A DNA stretch of 64,000 nucleotides, from contig NC_087436.1 in assembly GCF_036321535.1 (NCBI RefSeq), positions 56,422,001 to 56,486,000 of the forward strand. The letters run 5' to 3'. The translations under genes and the position numbers were made by a program. The notes beneath the pieces are model-generated. The model did not search any database and was not told the origin of the DNA. It saw nothing but the letters and a program-made list of their open reading frames with translations. Positions within the stretch are counted from its first letter, which is position 1; every line of letters starts with the position of its first letter. Positions 25,614 to 39,700 of the stretch are shown in pieces. This stretch comes from Camelus dromedarius (lineage: Eukaryota).

Positions 25614-25674
25614 TTTTATATATATATATATATATATAAATATTTTATTTATATATATATATATAAATAAAATA
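25614..25674. repeat. (TA)n microsatellite with a perfect 34-bp AT palindrome
   Basis: tattttatttatatatatatatataaataaaata (25641-25674) equals its own reverse complement. Confidence 0.9.
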
Positions 25675-26456
25675 GAGAACTAAGGTAAAAAGGTAAGCTG
25701 CTTTAAGATGAAATGCCTTCAAATGGAACAAAGATGGAAAATCACAGTAAGGGATGGATTAGACTAGGCCAGAAATTGAAAGCAGGGCTGGATGCTGAAA
25801 TACGAACTTTATACAGAGATAGAGGAGATGGAAAGGGAGAAAATTATATGAGCAAGGATTAGAGGCAGGATTAAATATTTCATTTGTGCAACAGAATGAG
25901 AAGGAAAATCTTACTGGCGCAGACAGCTCCTATTAGTAAATGGCTGGAGAGAAAAGCTAGACAGAGTGGAACCAGGTTGTGCAGGATTCTGAAAGCAGGT
26001 TACAGACTTTAGGCTATACATTATATAACTAACCAAAAGGCTTTGGAGCATGGACTGGCTTAATGATTTTTTAAAAAAAAGGTTTAGGATTTCAGAATAT
26101 AGGATGAGTCTCTGAACCTAAACTTCTAACTAGGTGAGGAGAAGTGAAAATTGGAAGCATGAGGAGAGGCTTCCACTTAGTTGACTGTTTCGGTAATACA
26201 GACGTCTTTCATCTATACTACTAAGAAATTTAAGAGGTAGCCCTATTAATTCCCTCCATTTTGCCTTTATTATTTAACATATGCTGGGTGTCAACAATGA
26301 AGGAGATGTTCTATACAATGCATAATTAAATTCCAGACAAATAGGATCAAAGATCTTTAAAAAAACAAAAACAAAAACTCATAATGTAGATCAGAAATCT
26401 GAGTGAGCAAAAAAAAAAAAAAAAATCCAGATTTGCATATGATTCAGCCCACTCAC

Positions 26457-26493
26457 CTTAAAATTCACACCAAATGAATCTTCGAAGAAAGCT
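26457..26493 (-). other. 37-nt alternative exon (5' UTR or frameshifting exon); only open frame is x-AFFEDSFGVNFK
   Basis: Acceptor ctttcttttaatgttctctcag|AGCT, consensus donor AAG|gtgagt. Confidence 0.6.
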
Positions 26494-26664
26494 CTGAGAG
26501 AACATTAAAAGAAAGGTCTCCATTTGAAAACACACTGTGCGAGAAGGGCAAGGGAAAAGGAAAGGACGAGAGACAGCACTACCAACACGAGCAGGACATG
26601 TCGTTGCTATACACTATTTGTAGAATTCTTATACAGACCCACTCATGCTAGATTTATGAAGTCT

Positions 26665-26855
26665 GTGCTGTGAAGCAGAGAGCGCCTAACTGCTATCTGA
26701 AAGAACCCTGGGCAAATTATTTCAACTCTCTGTTCTACAGTCTGCTCATTATCCAACTGGTAAAATTACTGTATGAGTTCTACAAGTAAACGAATACAAA
26801 CTACTGAATACAGTGCCCAGAACACAGGAGGACATCAGAAAATGGTCAGCAATTT
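26665..26855 (+). mobile_element. MIR SINE fragment
   Basis: accctgggcaaattatttcaactctctgttctacagtctgctcatt...acagtgcccagaacacagga. Confidence 0.7.
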
Positions 26856-27229
26856 CACAACAAATCTCACTAATCACGCTCCTGCCTCTTGACCAGAAGA
26901 AAAAAAAAATTATTAACAATAATGTTCCTTAAAGTAACATTTGCCAAACTGTTTCTGTCACAAAAAAATGTGATCACTAAAACAAGAATACAAAATATAC
27001 CATACGTTAAATCAAGGTTTTATAAATTTGTATTACACCCACAAAGGCAAATATTTATTCAAGCCATTTATTTTTACTTCATTTATTAAGTAATCATGCA
27101 ATTAAAGCAGAAGTACACAAAATAGCTTTAAATTATGAGACCACCTTTCTAACAATTACCATTCATGACTTATTTTCACAACGAACCTCCCTTAGTCTCC
27201 AGATTTTATGTATTTATACAGCTTTTTAA

Positions 27230-27750
27230 ACTGTTATTGGGAGACTGCGTGTAGTGAATGGGGTAGGAGAACATTAAAAAGACAGTGCCTGCCTTCAGGA
27301 CAAAACCTACCCTGTAATGGGTGAGGACAAACAGTCAAATAATGACAATGCAAAACCGTAACTGCCTGCTACGCTGAGGGAATGTGGAAAGCACAGTGGA
27401 TAAACAGAGATTAATTCTGGCCAGGGGTGGGGATCGGACTTGTGGGGGAGAGGCATTTGAACTAGGTCTTCAAAGATAAGTAGGAATTCACTGGGTGAGG
27501 GGAGGGCAAAAGAATCCCAAGCAAAGAGAACAGACAGCACAGACATTTATGAGGAAGAAAAAGAGCAGTATCTGCAGAGCACATGAGAAACCGGGTATCC
27601 ATAGAGAGCAGTGAAATGAGGCTGGAAAAGGAGACTGGGAGACACTGGGGAGGAAGGGCCTTACAGCTCCTAACTTGATTTTGATTTTATCCTACATACA
27701 CTGGAAGCAATGCCTTGGTTTCTGAAGGAGGCGTGGGCACAGTTACCATT
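27230..27750 (-). mobile_element. L2 LINE 3' region
   Basis: aagacagtgcctgccttcagga...gaggcatttgaactaggtcttcaaagataagtaggaattc...gaatcccaagcaaagagaacag. Confidence 0.75.
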
Positions 27751-30039
27751 GTGCGAATAGACTGCAGCTGATTACATTTCGAAAGAAACTAGAAAAGTTT
27801 TTGAGATAAGATGAAGAATATTTTCCTTTTTATGTAAGAAAATACAACAATACCCTTATCATTCTTCATGAGAACAATAAGGTGAGTGTTATTTTTTTTC
27901 ATACTTTAACATCTCTGCTAACATTGTTTGGGACAACGTTTACCTTTCAATTAAACTTCTGTTCAAACACACAGGCACATAAAAACAACAGTTATTTCCT
28001 TTTTCCTATTAGAAGCTGAAGCATTTTAGGTCCCTACCATTCCATGGAGCTTTGCAGTAAAACAGTTTTCAAACTTTCATACTGGTTGTGCAAAAAATAG
28101 TAATGTGTGCTCAGAATTGTACTGGCTAAGTCATTTTATTATTCTGATTTTCAGCTATACACGTACGTAGTGGACATAAAAAGTTACTCCATTATGGGGG
28201 GAAAAATGAACAAGAGAACTCAAGTGTACAAAAAATTTTTTTCCCCTGACTTCAGAGTTTACAAAGCAACAGCTTCAGCCCACTTTCAGGCTGCCTCCTG
28301 CCTCCCCAACCCGTTCTAATTTGCAGCATTCCACATCACTAGTCATTAACAACCCGACGTTCCCTTCAGCTGCACAGTGAAAGTCCATCACATCATTACA
28401 AATAAACAATCCCTTCCTCCCTCCAAGGAATGACACATTATTCTGAGCACGTCTTCTCTCTGCTTTCACTGCACTGCCAGGTCCCCCGTGAGTGAGAAGG
28501 GGTAAAAAAGAAAAAACTATCCCACAACTTGTCTAAAGCATGTAGAGGATGATTTGTGTTCTAACTTACGGGATATGACTGTCACCGGTGATCGGCTTTC
28601 AGGCCTAGATTACATGTGATAAGGGCTGACCTTCTTTAAGTATTCCACACATTATGCACTCATGGAGAGCGGGCAGGACACAAAAGTCCTTTAGATGTTC
28701 TGGACATCAATCAAGCACACAGCATGGAGCCTGCCAAACTTTTCTTCCATTTACTCAGGGAGAGGAAGGGGGAGTCCAAGGCAGACTTAATAAAGTTTAA
28801 AGCTGTGCCACAGTATATTTGGGGAGACCATTGTTATTAAAAGGGTGTTATTTGAAAAAAATTCTCTATAGTTAACCACTAGTAACAAAAAATTTCACAC
28901 ACGGAGACAACCAGATTTCACTTCAGCTTTAAAATGTCAAAATCTTTACTTATAAACCAGGTTTCATGGACTTTAGCCGACTGATTTTATTTTTTCTGAA
29001 ATAATTGTTCACTAAGTATATAAAACAAAAACTAAAAATATGAATTTTTATAACAAGCATCATAAAAGGTATCCATTTTGAGGCACTGAAAAAACAGTAG
29101 AGTATCTGTTATAAAATACTCTGAACATATCTTTATGTAAATTAACCTTCAATCAACAGCATAAACCACTTTTCACCTAATACAAGTATCATCATTATTA
29201 ACAGGCGAGAGCCCCAATATTATGAAACAGACATGATAATATCTTCTGATATAAGCTTTCGATGTTGGTCTTTTATCATTGCTACTTCCCACAACTCATT
29301 AAAAGGATTTGAGATAGCTTTTGAAAGAGAACAAATAAGCCTCAAACTTTATTCTCCTAAGATGCTGTAACACTGTGTACTTGGAGGGCATAATTTGGTC
29401 ATCAGCACAACCAAAACCATTACAGCAATACACTTCATGGCATTTTCTAGCAGAATGATATCTTAAATCTAAGACAGTTTCATTTACCTAGGGATTGCAG
29501 AGTTCTCTTTTAAAGCTCATGTCAGACAATGAATATAACAAGGATGTGGACAGCCTACATACAAGATAAGACTAGACACAAAAAGCAATTAACATTAAAG
29601 AGTAGAAGAGAACTAAAGACAACTTACACGATGAAACTACTAATGAAAATCAGCCTGGTGAACTTAAGATAAGCTAACAAGAAACAAAACAAAACAAACC
29701 TCCAGGCTGCCCCAGGACCCCTAAACCCCATATAGGCATAATTCTGGCTCAGTTACTACCTGGCTTCCGTGTTATTCAACTAAATGCTAAAAAGGTCACA
29801 CTTGTACCCTAGTGATAGGGAGCAAGTGATACATACAATATGAGATTATTCTCTGTCATTCACTACAGGGAAATCCATCACCTGGTCAATATGATTATCT
29901 CAGGTCAGACACTAAAACTGAATGTGAGGAAGATGCCTTGGCAGGGGCTGGAAAGTAACGAACCCAGAGAAGATCAACAGGTTATTTGTAGACAGATTAC
30001 AGGACAATGGTGATGACACATAACACTTGGTGACTTTTA

Positions 30040-30200
30040 CTCTTTAGACACAATGCTTTGTAACTCATCAGTGTGTTGCCTCATGAATCCTCACTGCTTC
30101 CTTGTGTGACAGGTAACATCATCATTCCCATTTACAGATGAGAATCCTGAGTGTGCCTGAGCCAAGGAGGCCTGGAACTGGTTAAGGGTAGAGAGGATCA
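30040..30200 (-). mobile_element. MIR fragment
   Basis: tgaatcctcac...atcatcattcccatttacagatgagaatcctgag. Confidence 0.65.
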
Positions 30201-33169
30201 GACACCAGTACATCACTAACTAGCGACCCATGTGTGTTTGCTCTGCAAGAAATAACTGGGGCAGAAACAGTCCATGCAGTAGGTGCAGGACTCAGACTCT
30301 AGGGGCTGGTGAGACTCATTCAGGGAACATGACTGCCTGAAGGCTGGAGCAAGTGAGGGGTCAGGTATCCTGAATCCCAAACCTCTCGGTTCAGAGAAGG
30401 ACAACAGACACGCTGGAGGCCATAGCAGTGAACGCAGAGGGCAGTGGTTTCAGGTGCAAGGAGAGATGGACCTCTCCTCCAGAGGATGAACAGTAGTTTA
30501 TAAAAAGCATATTAATAATAATTAAAATAATCATTAATGTAAAGCAGTGTCATGTATACATATTTTTAACTTGCCCAGCAGCCCTCTGATGCAGGTGTTA
30601 TTAAACACATTTTGTAAGTGAAGCCACTAAGGTGAGTGAGGTCCCTCAGAACTGAGAGGCTTTCTCCCTCGAGCAGACCTGTGCTTTAGGAGGTACAGTG
30701 AGGCAACGCTGCAGGCTTAGAAGAAAGTGGATGAAGGAAGTCACAGGAGCCATGTAATGTAGTCCACCTCTCACCACATGAGTCTGAGTTTGTTTTAACA
30801 AAAGAGGCTGTTTTCTTTACAGCATGAGAAGGCAGTTGAGAAGATCTACTTTGCCCCACTTACAAGGAACCATGTGATAAAGGGGGTTTTATCGTTTGTT
30901 TAAGTAATAACAGAAATACCCTAGTATCCTAACACTTTGGCCCCAGACTCCTCAAAATTAAAGTTACACACTAGAACACACCAAAGCTACTACCTTGTCT
31001 TACTGAAAGCTCTATTCCAAAGGATACTATCTTCTTTATCAAATTAGAGCTAAAGCATCCCTGTGCATAAAATCAAAACCTATACTGTCTGTATCCCTTG
31101 CTAGCGACTACAAAAATCTGAACATAGTTTCATATCAAAATCAGTGTCTTAAAGAGGATTACTATCACTCTTATTTCATCTTAGAGTCAGTTGTGCCTTA
31201 ATTTCATGCACAACCAACTTGAACTGATAATAAATTGAAAACAAAATTTTAAATAGAAAGTGTATTAATAAAATTTCATTTTATCTTGTATTTTCCTTGT
31301 AAATTCCTCTGAATATAATTTAGAAGGAAGGTGCATATTAGTTTACACATAAAAGGGATTATAAAAGCAGTTAAAGTACAGCCCTTATTTAAACATTTGA
31401 AAAGTCTATGTTTAAGTTCACACATCATACAGAGACAGCTCCTAGGAAATCTGTTTTCCACTCCTTGGAAAATATATAAATATATATACGTTAGAAATGA
31501 CACGAGACAAAGTTTTTTGAAGTAACAGAGAAGACATTCATAAGAAACATTTTAGTTTATTCAGCACAGAGTAGCTTCCCTGTAGTACTTTCTCAGCAGT
31601 AGTGCTGCCAGTGTATGACCGACACGCCTCTTAGCAGACTTAGCTCTTAGTGTTTTAAAAATTGATGCCAGAATATAAACACTACAGAAAGCTAAATTTT
31701 AAGGTGATATTTAGAATCTTTGTGCATGCAAAAATATTTTCAAATAAAAGTAATAATGCCACGATTTTCAGTTCAGATTCATGCCATGCTCAACCCTTTC
31801 ATCTCTTCTACCAGCAGAAGTCAACTGTGTACACTGAAGTATTTTCCTAATGACAGATGGCTGATACCAACAGGATGCCTGAAACATACTGTATCTGTAT
31901 ACATACATACACACACACACATATATATAACTCCCTCGTCTTCTTTCACCTGTCTCCAGATATAAAGCACAACTGCTTAGTGTCTTGAATTTTTTTTTTT
32001 ACGAAAAATGACATTTTCTGATAATCTCATGAAAGCTTTTCTAACAGACTCCATAAATAGAGAATTTTCACAAGACTGAGTGTTGGTTTGGCTGTTTAAA
32101 CAATTAGTTTGTAAACAACAAATAAATAAATGTAAAGAAACCCCAGATATAGACCTTATTCAGAGAAGGTCACAGTACAGTGAAATAAGACTTCAGTCAG
32201 TGAAACCCTTTCTTTCTGTGCTCTATCTAGAGCAATGCAGCAAAATCAGAGGATACTAAATGTACATGGAATGATACAAGAGGCTTAAATTATGGAGGCA
32301 AAGAGGATGAGGTTTACTGATCATAATATCAGATAAAACCAGCGACATATTTAGACACAAAATCCCTACTAGTCCAATAAAAATATATGAAATTGTAATA
32401 CAATTCTTGTCTAATATAAAAGCCTTGGTTACACAGGGATTCCTTTATCGTGCTCTATGTTTTTTTATTATAGTTAATCAGCACTTTGTGTGGTTATATC
32501 TGCTACTATCAAGCACCAGCTGAAAAAGAAAAATTGAGTCAAGCAGCGAGTTACTTTAAGGATTATGACAAATGAAACATTCAAATTAAACCTTAACCAA
32601 CCTGAGTAAAACTTGCATTTTTCCAGATGATTTAAGGCCCATTAAGGTGACCAACCTGATTTAAATAGTCACTATGATTTCCACTCTGAGGTCTCCCAAA
32701 GTTTACAGTAGAAACACTTCAAAGTCCTCAATGTATCTCATTAGCACCTCCACCAAAGGATGTGCAAAGAAAAAAGGAAAAGAAGTTCAAAAGCAATAGC
32801 TGCTCATTTAGAAACACTTGTCTAAAAAGGATTTTTCAATTTTTCATTAAAATGTTACGTATGTAATCAGAAACTGACAACTGAACAAAATATTTACTTC
32901 ACTCTATGAATTAAGGCAAAAGAACTACAAGTTATTCATCGAAATTTAACTCCTGCCTCTTCAATAAAGAAACTTGCCTCACTTTGCATCTGTTATCTAA
33001 CATTACATCTTTGTGTTGGTTTTCACATTATCTCTTTCTGGAAGTTTATTAACAGAAAGAGCCTATGGAAAGTCAACGCTTTTCTGAATTGCATAAGAAA
33101 GCTTTTGATTAACCTCATATTGGGCTACAAAAGTATCAAAGAGCTGTGAGTCCTAGAGCAGATGCTTCT

Positions 33170-34260
33170 GATGTCCTTACAAAGTCTTTATGATGGTTTA
33201 CAAGGTCATATGAGAGGCGGCTTCCAATTGTCTCACTAAGTGGGCTCTTCTCCCACTGCTCTCCCTCTTTCTCATCCTGTTCCTCAAACACAGCACGCAT
33301 GCTCCAGCTCAGAGCTGTCTGCCTCCTACCCCTCCGCCCAAAACACTCTCCCCTTACGTATCTACTTAGCTTTCTCCATCATCCTCCTTCAGGTCTTGGC
33401 TCAATCTCACCTTAGTGAAGCCTATCCTATTGCTCCTTCTTACGACAACAACCACCCCCAACCCCAAATCCCTCCCTGACCCTCCTGGACCTCTATTCCC
33501 ACCACTCTAATAAAATTCTTCTTTCCAAGGTCAACAGATCCAACAAATTTTCCTTATGCTGTTTTACTTCCCCCCCACCCCACTCATCACCTTCTAACCA
33601 CTATGTAATTCACGTACTTACTGTATTTATTGCTAACTGTCTAGCTTCCCTCACCCCTCTAGAATGTAAGGACCCCCAAGGGCGTTACTGATCATTGTCC
33701 ATTTTGCTCACTTACATACCATAAGCACCTGAAACAGTGACTTTTTGGAAAGTATTTCCTGTGACCAGTCTTCTCTCTCTCTTCCTAAAATACCTGACCT
33801 TTAGTGCCACCTTATTCTCATCCCAATTACTTTTTCCTTGTAAATATTTGCCCTCTGGATTCTACTCCCATCATTCTAATGAAATTCTTCTTTCAAAGGT
33901 CAACAAACCCAATGAATTTTTCTCAGTCTGTATCCTTTTCATCCCTAGGCAACACAAGACACCCTTCTTAAAAGCCTCATTCATTTAAAAGTAAATTGAA
34001 CAAATACGATTTACTAGGTACTCGCGAGCAGCTCTTCCTTTGGTTTCCATGATGAGGGCCTATTCACCCAAGTTTCTTCCTCTCATGCTCGTGTAAATGT
34101 AGGTAATCATGATTCGTTCCCAATGATCCCTTCTCTCAAATGTATTCCTTTGTAACACCCAGGCTTCACCTAATACAATTTCAACTACCAGGATAGATCT
34201 TTTTTTGAACCACCACCCCATATTTCCACATCCCACTGCACGTCTAAACATTACTCCTCC
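33170..34260 (+). mobile_element. Cluster of L2 fragments
   Basis: tcctcaaacacagcacgcatgctccagctcagag...ctagaatgtaag...agcacctgaaacagtg, then an upstream L2 segment (ctttcaaaggtcaaca...). Confidence 0.7.
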
Positions 34261-34349
34261 TCCTGCCGCATTTCAAATTTTACCTCTGTCAGCTCTGTGC
34301 CTGTTATTACACTTTGCAGCCACCTGGCTTTAAGCCCTTCTCACTTTCT

Positions 34350-34740
34350 ATATGTTGGGCATCTTCCATTTGTTTGACACAGAGCTCTACCAAAACAGAA
34401 GGTAAAAAAACAAACAGACAAAAACCAAAAAATGGTCACACAAGCACTTTTTTACCTCTCCTGTAGCTGGGATCTGACTGCATGACTGAAACTTTCCAAA
34501 TCAGATGCACCTCTCCCGGACTTTACACGAATTTAATCAAGACCTCAGGTTATCCATTCTGACTGGTGCTGGTGGGAGCGGCAGCAGCTATATTCATCCC
34601 AAAGGCAGCAGTGCAGCAGCCCTCACGGCAGCATCCAGCTCTAGCGATGCTGATGTGAGCAGGGCAAGTTGGGGTGTCTAGGCTCAGCTGTGGGAACAGC
34701 TGCGTCCCACAGGTAAGTGCTCGGGTGGAATTTTAAGTAC
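34350..34740 (+). mobile_element. Ancient ERVL/MaLR-type LTR fragment
   Basis: cctctcctgtagctggg...catgactgaa...ccaaatcagatgcacct motif typical of old LTRs; family uncertain. Confidence 0.45.
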
Positions 34741-35214
34741 CAGGAAGACCCAGTTGATTCTCTCAGCAGAAGTAGATTTTTCCTCTTCTAACTTCCACAG
34801 CACTTTATCACCATCACTTCTATGACATTTATCTTATCAGTTTACCCTGTATTATAACTATTTGCCTCCTGTCTTTCCCACTACACTTCATATTTCCTTA
34901 GGATGCCTGTCATTCACCTTTGTCTATGCTTTTAACACTTCCTTTCTTGTCTAATGCAGATATCTTCCAAAAAAAAAAAAAAACCCAAAACAAAGTCTGT
35001 ATATTCTCTTTTTGGCTCAGGAAGTTGCTCAAAGTTCTCCTTTTCCTGCTGTTGATCTGACAAGATTCCACCATTTCATTCCTGGAATTACCTGCAATTC
35101 TAACTTATTTAGAAAAACCCTGGAATCTCCCCAAAATTGTCTCTTAGGTTATTCTCTCATTTCCATGCACTAAAGGCCCTTTTTACCTTTGCTCCAGCAG
35201 CATACACAGAGCAT

Positions 35215-36712
35215 CAATATGGTTGCCAAGAGCATTCAATGGGGAAAAGACAGCCTTTTCAACAAATGGTGCTGGGTAAACCGAATATCTACATGCGAGA
35301 GGAAAATTTGGACCCTTACTTTCTTACACCATGTACAAAAATTAACTCAAACAGGATCAAAGAATGAAATTTAAGAACTAAAACTATAAAACACTTAGGA
35401 GAATACATAGGGAAGAAGTTTCATATCATTGTATTTGGCAATGATTTCTTGGATACGAATCCAAAAGCACAATTAAAAAATAATAAATTGGACATCAAAA
35501 TTTAAAAACTCTATGCATCAAAGGATACAATCAATAGAGTGAGAAATCAGCCTAAGGAATGGGACAAAACATGCAAATCATGTATCTGATAGGAGGTTAT
35601 CATCCAGCATATAAAAGAAAGCCTAGAACTCAACAACAACAAAAACCAACAACCCAATCAAAAAATGGGCAACTAACTTACATAGACATTTCTCCAAGGA
35701 AGATCTATAAATGGCCAACAAGCATAGAAAAAGATACTCAACATCACTAATCTTTAGGGAAATGCAAATTAAAACCACAATGAGACATCATCTCATACCC
35801 ATAGGATGGCTCCTTTCAAAAAAATAAGATGTACAGAAACTGAAACCCTTGTGCACTGTTTGTGGGAATGTCAAGTAATGCAGCTACAATGGAAAACAGT
35901 ACCAAGGCTCCACAAAAAAATTAAAAATTGAATTACTGTATGATCCAACAATTCTACTGGATATACACCCAAATGAATTAAAAGCAGAATTTTGAGAAGA
36001 TATTTATACACTTGCATCACAACATTATTCACAATAGCCAAAAGGTAAAAACAACTCCAGAGTTCTTCTACAGATAAATGGGTAAACAAAATGTGTCATA
36101 TGCATACAATGAAATATTATTCAGCCTAAAAAGGGAAGGAAATTCTGATATACATACAGTATGGGTGAACTTTAAAGATGTTATACTAAGTGAAATAAAC
36201 AAGTAACAAAAAGATACATGTTGTGATGATGTTCTATGTTGAAGCCATAACCCCCAGTGTGATGGTATTTGGAGGTGGGGTCTCTGGGAGATGATTAGGT
36301 TTAGACAAGGTCATGAAGATAAGGCCCCCCGATGGAACTGTCTTGATAAGAAGAGCAAGAGAGACCTGAGCGAGCTCTATTGTGTTCTCTCTCTGCCACG
36401 TAAGGACACGGCAAGAAGACAGCAGTCTACATGCTAGGAAGAGGGCCCTCACCAGGAACCGAATGTTCTGGTACCATGACCTTGGACTTTCCAGCCTCCA
36501 GAACTGTGAGAAATAAATGTCCATCTTTAAGCCACTCAGTATATTGTACTACGTTCTAGCTGCCCAAGCAGACTGTTTCAACTTTGCAAAGATGAAAAGA
36601 GTTACAGAGATTGGTACAGTGTGAATGTACTTAACACTACAGAATTATAACATGTAAAAACGATTAAGATAGTAAATTTTATGTTATGTGTATTTTATCA
36701 GAATTAAATTTT
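35215..36712 (+). mobile_element. L1MB-like LINE 3' portion (decayed ORF2 end + 3' UTR), interrupted by a MaLR LTR
   Basis: attcaatggggaaaagacagccttttcaacaaatggtgctggg; peptide remnant KSIQWGKDSLFNKWCW is L1 ORF2p; 3' tail gtgaatgtacttaacactac...gtaaattttatgttatgtgtatttta. Confidence 0.92.
36222..36575 (+). mobile_element. MaLR solo LTR (MLT1A/MST-like) nested in L1
   Basis: cccccagtgtgatggtatttggaggtgggg...gccctcaccaggaacc...cttggactttccagcctccagaactgtgagaaataaat. Confidence 0.9.
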
Positions 36713-39700
36713 TTTAAGACTTTTTTTTTTAAGGGAAAAATCCCCTTTGTTCAACAAGGCTTCCAGGATATCACATCCCAACCTGAGTGAATCAGAGAGT
36801 TGGTTTTTTACCTCTGCTCCATTCCCATCCTCTGCAATGCTGTCAGAGTGACTAGCCTTTTAAAATTCTGCAACATACCACCCTCTTTAAATGGTCCAAG
36901 CACCTGAGAACAGAATTGCGAAAGATGTACCCCACCTAATTCTCTAATTCCATCTCTTGCTACCCTTCTCCATGTACTTCACATGCCAGTTGTAACTTTG
37001 TATTTCCAACTGCAATTCTCTCTTAAACGTCAGCTTCTGTCTCAACTCTTTTCAATTCAGTTCAGTAAGATTTCATTGAACATACAACATGCATTGAACA
37101 CTGAGAGATAGGATACATAAGCTTAATTAATATCTCTGTTCTCAAGAACTTAAAAGTCCAGTGGAGGGACACTCATAAAGAGATCATGCAACTACTGAAT
37201 ACATACTTCAGTGTTGACACATAAGTACAGGTTGAGAAATACATGCATATATATATGCATATCTCAAATTCTGCTTTTAAAATTTCTTTCATATTTTCTA
37301 AAGTTTTCAAATCAATGTGCAATATTTGGATCTTATTTTTTAACTTCATATTAACATTCTCAATTTTTATTAATATATGGCCCATAAATTTAATTCCTAC
37401 AGTAGAAATAATGGATTTCTAATATCTTTTTACATTGAAACACATACTTTTGGAAGCAAATATTTGCCACCAAACAGTGCATCTTTAAAAGGTTTTAAAG
37501 CTTAGAATTATGAGTTTCCTTGAGAGCAGAGATAATATTTTTATAGAAAGGAAAAACTGCAGGTACATTTCTTAACACTCCATTTATCACTTTAAACTTA
37601 GATAATTTTGCCTCTTTTCTGGTTTCATAATTAAAGTTTCTCCTGCCATTTAGAGTAAACACAATTCCAGCCACGGGAGACAAGAATGACCAGTTCAAGT
37701 TCAAGGGTTCACTGCACATGAATATCCATAAATGCCCCTTGACAGTCTTGGTAGTATAATGAACCTTGCAATTACTCAGCAGGCCATCACCACAATACAT
37801 GAACATAATGCTTCCAACGTCAAACAACAAAACATCATACAAATAACACTAACCAACTGTTATAGTTCACATAGGGCTTTTGGAAACTAAATTGCAACAG
37901 TTCCTCTTAAACCTTTAAAAGTTTGCAAGGAGTTTTGCTTTACAGAGCTATGCTTATGGGAAATAATTAATAGAAAAAGGTGTTGGCATTATATACAATT
38001 GGGAGATGCCAATTAGCAAAACCCTCCTTCAAAATGACACCAGTTAATTCCAGCATGAGCCCTGGAGTGAAATAGCCTCTCTCTTAAACAAATGCCAGTG
38101 CCTCATTGTCTTTAGGAATGTCTCCAATCATCCTATATATAACCTCCTGGGGTGAATTCTTCTGGCCCTGCCTTCCTGTTGCCTCTGCACTGAAGAAATT
38201 ATCTTCATTAAGTTAATTCATCTGAATAATAGTATGCTTTCCTTTACTCTGGTGGGTCTTCCACTGTGGTAAGTTTACTTCGGCAAGACAATCTTTGACA
38301 TAGCAAAAATTATCATCAAGTAGAAAGCAATACACATATAAAAGATCATTAATTATCAGCCCCCCTAATAAAAAGTACAGAACATATCAGACAATATATG
38401 CATATTTGCGCATAAAAGCAGGCATCTCATCTACCAATCTGATCATCTGTGTGGTTTGGAAATTAAAGTACAAGACTTAAAATGAAAAAAAATATATATT
38501 CTACTTAAGATAATCCATGTTAATTCATACTTCCCCAATCAATAAGCTGAAGACTGCTGACACGTAAAGTACACTACAATGTATAAGTAAGTTTATGATT
38601 TTTAACTTGGTAAATAGCTACCCTCTGCTATTTTCATCACAAAGGGTTTATTGTCACTCTGGACATTTTCAGTATAGGCTTGATGTGATAGCTCAGCGTT
38701 TATCATCTAGCTCAAAAGGAAAGAAGAATAATAAAGCAAGCTGGGTTTCCCTCTCAGAATCACATTGTGAGGAAAAAGCACGTCGGATCTGGTCCTGAGA
38801 AATGGAGAAATTTTGGTTTTCTCCCCTCCATGCTTTTCATCAGATAACTGGTTGAACATTTCAGACTCCAAGAAACTAATCCATGAATCAATTAGTATTT
38901 TCACTTCTAATTTTATTTTTGATTTTTTACTAAAGCAAAGCACATAAGAAAAAATAAGTTAATTAGGAAACAGGTTCTTCTAGGTTTGGAAACAAATATT
39001 TCTTTTCATCGTGTTTTACAAACAAAGCTCGCCAGTCTTGTGACCTTAAAAGAGTACTAATCTTGTTTTAACTGGCCACAGAGAAAGAAGCAGTAACCTG
39101 GACTGTGGGTAACTCTGAGTATGTAGTTAAGGAAAATCTGTTTTTGGTTTTAAAAAGTATAGACTTTCAAAATATATATAACTATATAGCACACTCACCA
39201 CAATTTTAAAAAATGAGATTCAGGATAATCCTGATAATTATTATTTTTATCTAAAATAACACAGACCTTTCAGGAGGAAATTTTAAGGTCATCTAAAAAT
39301 TATATAAACATTAAAGGATTTTTTTTTCATAAAAATGAAAAATACTAGTAACAGAACTAATAAGATACAAAGTATCTGGAGTAAGAAATGATAAGAATTA
39401 TGCTTAAAGTGGATGGAGTCAGTGTGGACAGAAAGTTATTTGGTAACTTTACAAAGGAAGTACTTTACAATTATGTTCTGAAGTTTATACCTCTCTGTAA
39501 TATGAGGATTGTTCCTTATATTAATCATTTGGGGTTGAATTCCTTAGATTATAGAATCAAATGATACATTTGGTGAAAATGTTATGAATTAAAAGATTCT
39601 AATATCAACCTCCATATAACAAAGTTACGTTCTATAAAATCTGCGAAGATACACTGCACACTTTGATTATACAAGGGGCCCTGACATGCAGTCAGGTGTA

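Noticed and set aside
35137..36089. ORFs with L1 ORF2p-like peptides
   Set aside because: Frameshifted, truncated L1 remnant; not a functional gene
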